A stretch of 64,000 nt of DNA from Yuukianura sp. NJ FZ-2021 (taxonomy: Eukaryota), in the NCBI GenBank assembly GCA_046563655.1, contig CM102287.1:3968001-4032000 (forward strand), written 5' to 3'. Shown in pieces: positions 25,701 to 37,574 of this stretch; positions within the stretch are counted from its first letter, which is position 1, and each line of letters opens with the position of its first letter. The notes under the pieces were generated by a model that was not told where the DNA came from, made no database searches, and was given only the letters and a program-made list of their open reading frames with translations. Made by a program: the position numbers and the translations under genes.

Positions 25701-27519
25701 TATCCTTAATTAGTTCACACCTCAACACACTTCAATCTCTACAACCAACTTCACCTGTCAACACAACAACAACATGCGAAAATAGTCCACATGACACTGC
25801 CCTGCTTCCGTCACTGTTTTTGCAACAATGGTTTGAACAGCACATTGCAAAAACATCAACAGAAAATAGCTCAAAAACATCAACAAGAAATACCTCAACA
25901 AAAAACATGTTTAAAGAAAACGCTCAACAGAAACTTGCAGCAACCATTTCAAAATGTACTGCAAAAGCTTCGACAGAATCTCCCTCAAAAACATCAACAG
26001 CAATTACCTCAGCAAAGAACAAGTCAAAAGAAAATTTTTATTTAAGCATTCTAATGCCGAGTGAAAATTATAACGCAAGTTCCATTGGGTTGAAAATTTG
26101 ATGTTGAGCATTTTGCTGTTGAGCTTTTTGATATCCCACTTCGGTCTCTGTTGCTTTCGAATTCGAGTGTAAGAGCGGCAGTGAAAAAAATTTTTTCCGT
26201 GAAAGTCCAAAATTTCAGAGAAAGTGTGGGTAAAGTTATGTTTTGAGTGGATTGTTGTTGAAGTATTTTGTGTTGAAGGTTTTGTTTTGTACTAAAAATG
26301 AACAAGAGGGTAGTGTTCTGAGGGTAATAGACACGTATGAAAGTAAGGGCCTAGGAGAGACTGGTGCTGGTTGAAAAGTGGAGAAAGTGAGTTGGAATTG
26401 TGCTGGCGTTGGACACTTGAGGAGAGGCCGTTACTGACGAGTTATCCATATATTCTCCCTTCTAATTTCCTTTTAATTCTCCCAGCACTTAACGTGAGGT
26501 ATGGACCCATTCCGAATTCTCTTTTGCATATAAACTAACTACTTCCAGACCCAATACCACCCAACTCCGCCCATTAAGCCAAATAACTCATCCCCACCCA
26601 CCAAAAGCCCCCCGACCCCCGGGGGGAAGAGGGGGGATCATGGGCACTGCTCCATAATCGCTTTCACCCCCTCCCCCAAACTGTCACTCATCTTTTCACT
26701 AGCGTAACATAACATGAGAGCCCTTTTCCAAAAATTGCATAAATTTTGAAATTTTGGACCAAAATTTTCAAAATTCGAAATTTTAAACGGGGATTTATGA
26801 GCTTGGTTTTGGTTTAGACGTTTGGTCAAGCTTGGTGGTGGACAGGAAACAGTCTGAGTCGGTTGTAAAAAGTTGGAACTTTGCTCTTCCAGCGTTTTCA
26901 AAAGACGCTTCCAGCAGCAGCGCAACGCTTCAAGCGCTGAGTTTTGGAGCTGGAAGCGATTTGAAGCGTCCGCTTATGTTTGGGAAGAGGGAAAGTCTGG
27001 ATTTCGGAGGTTGAAAAGCATTTGAGAATTTTGATTACTTTTGAAAGTCACATTAACGTACTTTATGAAAGTGTAATTAAACAGGGGAGTCCAAATAAGT
27101 AACACAATTTACTGTTATGACTGTCCGCACATGTGCTACTGGCATTATTTATTCCCAAACCATGCAAAAATTAACAGATTTACAAAATATCCTCACTTTA
27201 ACTTTAGCTTTTAAGCTTCGCAGAAAGACGTGAACTGCAAAGCATTTCATTCCTGATGGCAGCTTCCAAATTTCAAAATTTTCCCAAGTGGAGCTCACGT
27301 TCGGCACATTTTGAAAAAAAATGGAAGAAAAGGCGGGAAAAAATTAATTTTGAAAAAAGTGAAAGCTGGCTTTCACTTAAGTTCTCACCTCTCCTCTCTT
27401 TTTCCCACCCCGCTCAGTCTCAAATTCATTAGCACTTAATTAACAAAAATTGGATAAACTAAGTAAAAGTAAATAAATTCGTCGTTTTTTCTTTCCTTAA
27501 TAGCCGTTTTTCAAAGCTA

Positions 27520-28220
27520 ATAGTTACTCCCTCCACGACTTTTTTATATTCAGTAGTTACTCCCTCTAAAACATTTTTTCCGTTATTCAGCAGTTGTACT
27601 TCCTCCACAATATTTTCGTTTTCTGTAGTTACTCCCTCCAGCACTTTTGTTTTTCAATAGTCACTCTGCGCCATTGATGATTTTTCGTAGTTACTCCCTC
27701 CACCTCACAACCGTTTTCTGTAGTTATCTTCCTCATTTTTTGACTTTTTCAGTAGATACGCCATCCCTAAGTTTTGACGTTTTAGTAGTTACTCCCCCCA
27801 CTCACAATCGGTTGCTCTGTAGTTTGCTGTCTCCACTACTTTCAGTTTTTCAGTAGTAGTTACTCCCTCCTCAACTTTTGATTTTTCAGTAGTCACTATA
27901 CACCGTTGATGATTTTATGTAGTTACTCCCTCCACTTCACATTCATTTTCTGGAGTTGCCATCGCCAAATGCCCAACCCCAACAAGAAGTACATTGTGTT
28001 TTTCAGTAGTTACTCCCTCCACCAGTTTTTACTTTTCAGACTTCTTCTCTTACGGCCTTTCTCAATAGTTACTCCCTCCAGTAACTTTGTCTATGAGTTC
28101 AGTGGACAAATTTTGGCAAACGTTTTGTTTTTCAGTTTAGTTTTTTTTTTTCAGTTTTTCTGGATTCATCAGTTACTCCCTCCACCAGTTGTACGTAGCT
28201 GGGTAGTTACTCCCTCCTTC
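27520..28220. repeat. ~33-bp-period array with conserved core AGTTACTCCCTCC and variable spacers
   Basis: Perfect 13-mer at 27522, 27627, 27689, 27858, 27921, 28008, 28067, 28171, 28205 plus ~8 degenerate copies; higher-order duplication at a ~232-bp offset. Confidence 0.85.
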
Positions 28221-31200
28221 ATCCGTGCTAATCAGAATATATCCAACTAATTTATTTTAATAGGACAATGGAGCTTTCACTTTCACTTTTTTCCACTTTC
28301 ACTCTCCAAGTAGCACACACTAAGAAGGAGGCACAACCAACAGTTTTATGACTGAGGAATTTAAGTGTCTCAAATGAGGATGAAAGCGGACTTTCTCTTT
28401 TTTTAACTTTTTTTAGTTTTTGTTAGAGTTAGGCATAAACCTAAAGGTTAGGCTGGAATCTAAGGGTTAAGTTAAGGTTTTTGGCATTAGTTGACTATAC
28501 TCTCAGTCTTCTGTCTTTGTATAATCAATAGAAACTGGTTAAGAAAGAACCTTGGACTTTAAATCAAGAGAAAACTTTGGCAATTACTGTCTCCTAACTG
28601 TCTCCTCACGTAACGCGTTTAAGATTAGCTCCTACAATGCCCAACACTAAATCACTGATATTGTTATTCCTTCCTCCCTCTCTGCATATTACACTCATTA
28701 CTTATTATTATACAGCCAACCACCGGAGGAAGACCCACCAAGGCCCCACCGGCCCCACCAGCTCAAATCCATCCTCATTACAGCCCCACCGCCGGTTTCT
28801 GCCACACCCACCAAGCAAAGCAACGCAGAAGAGCTTTGTCTTCATTTCCAAAAATTTTTAATGACGAAAACCTCATTTTTCGCATCTTAATTAATTCCTT
28901 AGTCGCATTAATTCTAAGGAGTTAGCGTATTTTGTTAATCTAACTTAATTAACAATTAATTTTTTCAAAAATTTTGAATTTTGAAAAATTTGTTTTTGAA
29001 AAACTGAAAATCCTCCACACCAAAAGCTTTGAAGCACGTTGGGGTGAAAGTGAAAGTCGACAGGTGAAAGCAACAGTCAAAAAAATTGTTGAAGAAAAAA
29101 ACTTCTACAATTTTTTTGTGTTACGCAGCATTGCTTGATTACTTGTTGAAAAATTGGAAGTTTGAAAACACAACATGTCAAAATCAAAATGAACACAACT
29201 TTCTTTTTTCAAAAATCTCAAAATTTCTAAAAAATTTGACACTAAAAGTGAAAGACTTTGAAAATTAAGAAAAACCAGAAGAAAGCTGTCATCAGAGAAA
29301 GTGAAATATTAAAACATCTCCCCACGCCAGAACAATCTAAAACCTAAAAAATTCTTTGAAAATCGTAGATTTTTACTTGAAATCAGAGAATTTGGAGTCG
29401 ATTTTTTGTCTTTTCCCGCGAGACTTTAAAAAAGTACCGAGAGATCGAAGATCCATAGATCAAGGGCTGAAAATGAAGATTCAGTGAAGGTGTGTATGTT
29501 TGTCCAGTGGTCCCTTGCCCCTGGGGACTTGGAATGAAGTCTATTAGAACACTATTTATCCACCCCCTTGGTCTCCTCCATCTTTTCTAAAAAAGTGATT
29601 TTGACGTTAGGTTTAGGTTAGGTGGGATTTGGACCCACGCGGTGGTCCTGTCCATCCATCTAGTCCAAGTGACAGGGGCACAAGGACCAAAACTTTCCGA
29701 AGAGACAAAACTTTGTTTGGAGAAAACAAAATGCTTTCTCGGAAGAAAGTTCATCTTCTTTAAAAACTAAACTTTTCGGATTCCTGTTTTGTCCAAATTA
29801 GAATTTTTTGATTTTGTAAACTCCAAATCTTGGAACAATAAGATTTCACAGACTCTAACTACAAAAAAACTTAAGACAATAAGGATCCACATGCACATGC
29901 TCTAAAACTACCAAAAAAACTTAGGACAATAAGCTGGTATTCAAAATCGAATTCAAAATGACTGCTTTTCATGAAAATTTGAAGTTGAAAATTTTGAATA
30001 AGTTATTTTTTGAAAATAGATCGAAAATTGGCTAAAATCAAGGCGATTTGTACGGAACACAGTTTTGAGGGGGGAGTATGTGAGGTTACGCTCTCAACAC
30101 ATGTTTACTCATAATGCTACAAATCCCTACCCCCACAGAACTCAAATTTGAAAATGGCGGAAAATTTTGAAAATGGGGCCTGGAATTTTGAGTGTTGGTT
30201 GAATAAGGGAAGTAATAATGAGTGTCTGGATTGTGCTGTAGTTTTGGGAGACAATGGAGAAAGTAAAAAGGGAAAGTGGAATAAATCAAAGGGGAGATGT
30301 AAACAGGAATGGAAATGGGGGCGGGGGAGTCATAAAAGAATGGAAGGAAGACTCTGTCATTTGCATAGAAATGGTGATGGAAGAGTGTCAGTAGTCAGTG
30401 CTGGTATTAAGTACTCCCCCCTCCTCTCCTACCCGGGCAGCATAATACCCGCCCGCATCTTCCAGAAAACCAATCCGGAAAGAAGCGAAAACCGTTCTCA
30501 TACTAAAGTCGCCGTTGTAATGTCTTTCATGAATCCTTGGGCCTATCTTTTCCAGCTAGTTGTAGTTGAGGCCCCACCAACAACGGAGCCACCACGGCGG
30601 GGCCAGGGCTCCACCGTAGTAAGATGATGAGCATAAAAGGAGAGTTGGGTAAGCAGTAAATTAGACAAATGGGAAGGTAATTTCCATCTGAAGTATTATG
30701 AGACATAACTGAAGTCCCCCCTCTGCCTCCGAGCCCTTCGCCCATTAAAACTTCCAAATTAAATCCTCCCGCGTACGCAGCCAGGATCCGAAAATGTGGG
30801 ATTACTATAATTAGAACCGCCATTTTCATCTTTCTAGGCCAAATTCTACACGTTACGCCTCCTTTGGACACTCACAAATCTAAAAAAAACTGTCCAAAAA
30901 GTGCAAAAGACTGTCCGAAATGCAAAACTCTCTCCGCATTGTTTTCTAAAGTACAAAATTCTGTCGAAAACTTTATCAAAAGCACCAAATTCCGTCAAAA
31001 TTCAAAATTCTGTCGAAAACTTTATGAAAAGCACCAAATTCGGTCAAAATTCTGTCGAAAATCCGAAATCAAGGTGAAAAAATTCACATTCTGCCTAATT
31101 TTTGAATGTAAATGCACCAAATTTTGGAGATTTTTTGCACTAATTAGTATTTGTGAACAAAAAGCAAAAGCATCGACATAAAGTAAAATTTGTCGAAATT

Positions 31201-32059
31201 TTCTGGAATGCTAAAAACAAATTGTAGAAGAGTTGATCTGTCCAAATTTTCTATACAACATGAAACACATTCTAAAATTTTTCCAAAGGAACAAAATCGA
31301 GACAAGAAATTTTTTTCTTTTTCGGATTTTTCAAATGCGTTGTAGGATTTTTAATTTTGTAAGCTCAAATGGCAAGTGAATGTCCGGTAATAAATAGAAC
31401 AAAGTCAATCAAACTTTAACAGGAAGTCAATTAAGTTTAACATGGGCTCAATTAAATTCAAAACTAACAAAACCAGTCTTAAAACCTAACGTTTTTCAAA
31501 AAGTGGATCAACCACGGGGAAAAAATGTCATCTCCGGCGGCAAACCCGATTCTCGGTAATTTTCTAAAAAATAATTTTTTGGCAAAAAACTAAAACTAAT
31601 TCGAGTAATTACATTCTAAACTTAATTTAATTAACAACTTAATTAATTAACTTGTATAGTTCCTTTTTGTGATAAGTCAACGAAGCACCTTATAACAATC
31701 AATTTAAACTTAACAATTTTAAAACCGGAATAGTTTTTCCCAACAAAGTTTAAAGCCTTGAAGCACATCAGTCCATTTGTTAGTTTCGTAAAATACAGTT
31801 AGTGTTTGTTAACATTGTGACTACTACAATCCTAAATTTCATCAATTACATTCAAGTTAATTCAATTACCTAATTAATTAACTAGTAAGTTCAAAATAAA
31901 TATTTTGTTAAGTAAATACGCTCTCGCGTTGCAGTTCCACAAGTTCATCATAGAAGAGAGGAAGGAATTGTGTCAAAGGTGAGACTCTGGGTTAAGGTCA
32001 AAGGTCGACTAGAAGTTGTCACTGTGCCAAGTTACTTGCTCGTCCTCCAACGTCCGCTA

Positions 32060-32300
32060 AGAAACTCGCGAGTTTCGAATTTTCCACCAAGCAAACTCGC
32101 GAGTTTTAGATTTTTCACTAAGAAGCTCGCGATTTTTAGATTTTCCACTGAGAAACTCCCGAGTTTCCGATTTTCCAGTGAAAACTCACGAGTTTCGGGT
32201 TTTCCACTAAGAAATCCTCCCGAGTTTCGGATTTTCCGACGAAAACTCGCGAGTTTCCGATTTTCCACGGGAAAACTCGCGATTTTCCGCTAAACTCGCG
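32060..32300. repeat. ~30-bp minisatellite with palindromic core AAACTCGCGAGTTT in the GalNAcT 3' UTR
   Basis: About 9 units aaactc(g/c/a)cgagttt..attttcc; the last unit overlaps the terminal codons and stop of the GT7 gene. Confidence 0.9.
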
Positions 32301-33714
32301 CTAACCGGACTTTGATAAGCGTGTAGAGTTTGCTTGTGGAGAGTTCTTCTACGGTGTAGTTGAGATTCGATAGGCCATCCGTACTAAAGTGCTGTTTCCC
32401 CTGATTTAAAATCTTGTAGCTACAAAATACCTGGGATTAGGGTACGTTTTACTAAATTAATCGATTAGTTAATTAAGTTAAGACTTACCGGTTTGTGTTA
32501 GGTCTTTGGTGTTTGTGTTTGAGCATTTTGTATCTGGCAACAATAGGTGAATACCGTGAAATGTATAGACCGTGGAAGGCAATTCGATTCGAAATGTCGT
32601 CGTCCTCAGCTCCCCAGCCCCAGTAGCGATTACTAAATCCATTGACGAGTCGAAACTGTTCAGTCGTTAGAGCCGAAACTCCACCAAATATGGCCTTGTA
32701 AGGTAGTCTAAAAAGTTAGAGTAGGTTTTAAAAAAAGTAAGGTTTTTCAAAAAAGTTTCAAAATTTTGGATTTTGATGTTACCTGTACATCATAACATCA
32801 ACAGCGACGGACATGTGGCGTGGTGACCCTGGATCTGGACACTGATACAGATTATGGTCATTTTCTGGAAGGAGGTCAACATCATGGAAGATGAAACAAG
32901 AGAAGTTGCGCAGTTTGAGTGCTTCTGAAAATCCAACGTTGAAGAGCATAGCTCGATTGAATGGATCCGTTCCACCTTGTTCAATAACAAAAACGTGGTA
33001 AGCGATTTGTTGACGCTGGAGCATTGGATGGATGTTGTAGAGGAAGGTGCCGAGGTGTGTCTTCCGATCACGGTACGGAACGATTATAGCTACCTAAAAT
33101 TAAAAAAAAAGTTCAAAAACTAAAAACTTCAAAATTTCAGTTTTTTTTTTTAAAATGATCTTACCGTTTCATTAAAAGTACAATTTGGAATAAAGTAGCC
33201 ACCCATCTTAAGTTCTGGAAGTTCTTGCGCAATTTGAAAAAACGGTGGAGCAGTTACACTCACTTTGTACAGCCCAACTGCAACAAACGAAACACAATTT
33301 TTTAAAACACTAAAATTTTTCAAATTTTAAAACGTTTCAAAAACGTATGTTTTTACCTAATTTTCGTTTCGCAACGCAGGATTCCTTTGGAAAACTGGCC
33401 TGTGACTGGGTATTGATGACTGACGAATCGAGTGCATCTCTGGACGAGTTGTCTTCTTCTACAAGTGGTTCGTACCGATCGTCCTCTTCCAGAATATCGT
33501 CGGTGCCTGACTGTGTAGAGTTATCACTGACCCCGATGACCTCTGGCCCAGGAGTCCCAGAAGTGTCAATATAAAAGAGTGAGTTGGTGGGCGTAATCAT
33601 CTTGGTTGAATCATCAAATGAAAAAGTATAGAAATACTGAACTACTAAAAATACAAACACAAGAACAAACACTACTGTAGGCAATTTCTGAAGTCTTGAT
33701 CTACTACAGCTCAT
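32290..33714 (-). CDS. Beta-1,4-N-acetylgalactosaminyltransferase (GT7; bre-4/beta4GalNAcTA-like), type II membrane protein
   Basis: Five coding exons (33714-33357, 33277-33165, 33093-~32783, ~32707-32489, 32419-32290). N-terminal TM; motifs VAIIVPYRDR, FNRAMLFNVGF, FHDVDLLP (DxD), LPYKAIFGGV, WGWGAEDDD; ends ...LYTLIKVRLARV-TAG. Confidence 0.95.
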
Positions 33715-35548
33715 TCTTTAACTTAATTTGTGAGATTCGCCAAGTACTTTTGGGAATCCGAGATTCACAGGATAATTAATAAGAGATTACTAATTCGATT
33801 ACAATTAGTTAAGTAAAAGTTACAATAAGTAGTTACATTTAAGTAAATCTGAAAGTACAATCAGGTAGACGACTCCTCCGTTTCTCCATGTTCAGTTAGG
33901 TGACAGATGGTTTAGAGGTCATGGACAAGGACGAGCACAATCAGAAAGAGCAAGGAGGTCATCATAGGTCAACATTTGAAGAAGATTAAGTACTAACAAA
34001 GTGGTTTTACAAAGTACCGATTAAGAGATTACGAACATTTTGTTTGACTATTTTCTAAAATCACTGGAAAACTGTAACTTTTGACACAAAGTTTTTAGGG
34101 GCGACTAGACCTTAAGATTCACAAGTACTCAATGGCTAAATTCCTAAAACTTTAACAACTTAGGCTCTGTCCTCCCTAATTTCAATTAAGATTAACAATA
34201 ACAATGTTGACGTTCAGGTTCATGATTGTGAAACGTATAATTTGTAACGAAGTCTGTGTTTTGTCTATAGTCGTCTCCAGATCATCGTTTCGGAAGAATG
34301 AGATTCCAAACCTACAAAATACAAACCAATTAAACTTTAGTTAATCGATTAATCAGCTTCACACGATCAAATACGGTGCATTCAATGCACGCATAATGTT
34401 ATAACATGATAAACCTGATGACTGTACATAATTTTTGATTACTCGGCTAGGTTAGTTACTAAATCGGATTTTAAATTAGTATTTCTTAATGTAGGTCAGT
34501 TACCTTGCAAGAGAGCGCAACAGCTGATTAATCTCAGAGGACAGCCCGGACCCAGCACAAAATAGAAGCAGATGATAGCGTGACCTTTGACATCCTAATC
34601 CTTGCAAGACGTGAGGAGAGAGCCACTTATCCTTAAGTTAGAAACTGGAACAGCAATTAAAATGAGCCTCCAAGATTCCTTGCACTTTCTATTTTGGTGT
34701 GACCTTGTCCATTGCAGCTTCTAACTTAAATCCAAACTCATCCAGCCATGGAATTTCAATTTATGGGGGATCGACTGTTCTGTGTCAATTAATTAGATGT
34801 TAACTCGTCAACGATTAATAATCACAATTACTTTTCCACTGTTCTAAGTTCTAGACACAGACACACGACGTATCCCTTTCCTTCCCTCTTCTGGCTCCAG
34901 AGAGAGAGAAGTATAGAAATTTGCAATGTTGCGAAAAAAAATTAGCACAAAACCAAGGGAAAAAAAATCAAAACTTTCGCAACAAATGAATAAGCAAACT
35001 CAGCAAAATCTCAGATTTTGACAGTCGCAGAAATCAGTATTCACTGCAACTTGCTAAGAGAGACAGTCAAGGATGAGATGAAATCAATCATTAACATGAA
35101 AAAACCGCAAACCAATGCGGTTTTTGGTTAAGAACTAATGGATCAAAATTGAGTTAAAATTTTAACCCAACTAACAATTTTTTATGTACACTACACTGGA
35201 GGCGACTCATCGTGGTCAAAAATCTCTCCAAAAATGCAAGCTGTGGTTTTCACATTTTACGAAACCATCGATTTCCGTTTCAATTAAATCCAAACTGCCA
35301 ATTTCCTGAAACTTGACACTTCTCGAAACAATAATTAACTGAATTCCAAATGAACTAATAATCACATCATCATCGGGTATTCAATTAACACAAAGAAGTA
35401 ATTGAAATCGTCATGGCGACGATAGCCCTTTGCTTATTGGGACGAAAACAAATGCTTACTCGGGTTTTGGCTTTTTGAAACTTTTTGGAAATTGCAAAAC
35501 GTTTTGCAAAATTCAAGTCGAATCTGTTCGGCTCCTGGCGCCGTCAAA

Positions 35549-37223
35549 ATGGCTCCTGCTCGTCACCGCGGAAGTAAACCAAGGAAGGCCAAAGACAAAC
35601 CGACGAAGACCGGTCGGGTCACCAAGGCCAACCGACCAAATCCAAAAATCAACGTCACTGCCAAGCCATCGGCTACTCAAAATCCAAGAGTCAACGGACG
35701 TACACAAAATGCCAAGGCCAAACAGGCCAAACCACGATCGAAGACGAAGGCCGAGGTCAAAGGTCAAGCTGAAAAACGTAATGGAAATGTCAAAGGCGAA
35801 ATCAAGAAAGACCAGCCAAAAGTTGTCAAAGATCAAGGCAAAAATCAGCAGTCACGAGTAGTCGAAGATCAAGGCAAAAACCAACAGTCAAAAGTAGTCA
35901 AAAATCAAGGCAAAAACCAGCAGTCAAAAGAAGTCAACAATCAAGGCAAAAACCAAGAGTCAAAGATGGTCAAAGATCAAGGCAAAAACCGGGAGTCAAA
36001 TGTGGTCAAAGATCAAGGCAAAGAAGTCAAAGAAAAGGGCAAAGGCAAAAAGCAAAAACAAAAACCCGAGGAAAATGCTAATTCTCCAGTCCGAAAAGGA
36101 ATCAAGCGGAAGGCCAAAGACGTTTCACCGGCAACTGCTGGTGGGAAAAAACCGAGAATTGAAAATGCTGCCAAAGCTGCCGAGGATGCTGCCAAACGTC
36201 CCAAGAAACCTAAGAAACGGAAACAAAGAAGTGCTAGCAGCAGTGAAAGTCGAACCAACGATAAACCGATTGGCAAAGAACTGAAACACAGTTCCGGAAC
36301 TGGTTCGAAACCACGAAAAAAGAAGTTGTGCATCAAGGATTTGCCGTATCGTCCCCCGACACCGCCACGTTCTCGGTCAAGGTCATACAAACCGTAAGTT
36401 TGTTAAAACTAGAACGTGAAAGGTCAAAGGTCACGCTAACTAACTAATTTTTTGCAGTCGCAAAGTCAAAAAGCCGGTTTCTACTAAAGAGAATTCTGCT
36501 GACAAGGAAAAGGAGGCACATGAAACTAGCGACAATGAAACCGGACATGAATCAGAACCAGACGAAATCGAAACTGACGAAGAATGGGTTATAGGCGACT
36601 ATGAGATCGACCTAGAATCGGAAGAAGAATCCGAAACCGAACAGGAATCGGAACAACACGAAACAGAGACGAACCAAGAACCGGATTTAGACATATATGA
36701 GATGGAACTAGAATCGGAACAAGTAGAATCCAAAACCGAGCAAGAATCGGAGCTTGACGAAAATGAAATGGACTATGATGAAGCCGAGACTCCCGGCACC
36801 CCAGTACTGTCAAGGTCACGGAGACACAGAAGCCGATCCAGGAGTGCATCACGCCAACGACATCGCTCCAGAAACCGATCCAGGTCGAGAAGCCGATCCA
36901 GGAGCACTTCAGGCCAGCGACATCGCTCTGGAAACCGATCCAGGTCAACAAATTCAAGAAGCCGCCTTCGTTCCAGACCGAGATCTTCCAGAGCAGAGAG
37001 GATTCGTCCCTCCACTCGTCGCAATCCTAATCAAGGTCAATCGCCAGGTCGGTCAATTTTAAAGACTCGATCTCGTCCTTATCCCGAACCAACTAGCGAC
37101 GAGAAGTGCGGAGACACACGCGTCAGATTTTCAAAGAAACTCGGAATTAGATTGGTTCCGTACTCTCGTAGATCGCGAAAGGGCTCCAAACAACAATCCA
37201 GCAAACGCAGGAACAAGAAGTGA
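35549..37223 (+). CDS. Orphan ~536-aa protein: Lys-rich N-terminus with 12-aa repeats, acidic middle, RS-rich C-terminus with SILK and RVxF motifs
   Basis: ATG 35549 (aaaATGg); exon 1 to 36393 (donor GTAAGT); 64-nt intron; exon 2 36458-37223 joins ORFs 35492..36397 and 36702..37223 in frame. Six VVKDQGKNQQS[KR]-type repeats. Confidence 0.8.
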
Positions 37224-37574
37224 CCTCTCACACAAAATTTTTTGCAAAGTCAAATTTATTTTCTTCTTCAAAATTTGTTCAAAATTTGGTTCAAATTTCA
37301 AAACTGCTGTTCGTATTCTACTTTCCCGTCCAAATATAATGACATGAATTGAAACAAAATTTCGAAAATTGCTCTAAAATCAAAATCTCTCTGCCTCAAC
37401 CAAAATTTTTGAATTACGAAACCCCATTGAATTATTTTCAGTAATTACAAAATCTAATTCAACGAAATACTTTAGTTACAATTACTTGAGCTTAATTAAC
37501 TTCGATTCAATTGGTTTCGGTGATTATACTAGTTTTTTTTCTTTTTTTGAAATTTGAGTGTTATTGCATCTTCA

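Noticed and set aside
25791..26101. Thr/Ser/Lys-rich ORFs
   Set aside because: Explained by a degenerate AAAAACATCAACA repeat; non-ATG or weak starts and no exon support.
27520..28220. CRISPR array
   Set aside because: Eukaryotic intron-containing context, no cas genes, core only 13-15 bp, and spacers are mutually related through a ~232-bp duplication.
29606..29622. Interstitial TTAGG telomeric repeat
   Set aside because: Only three imperfect units; similar AACCT snippets are scattered through the window.
1..31900. Hox-cluster microRNAs (mir-10, mir-993, iab-4) or a homeobox exon
   Set aside because: Searched by eye for the remembered mature sequences and homeodomain peptides and found none; a formal Infernal/miRBase search was not possible.
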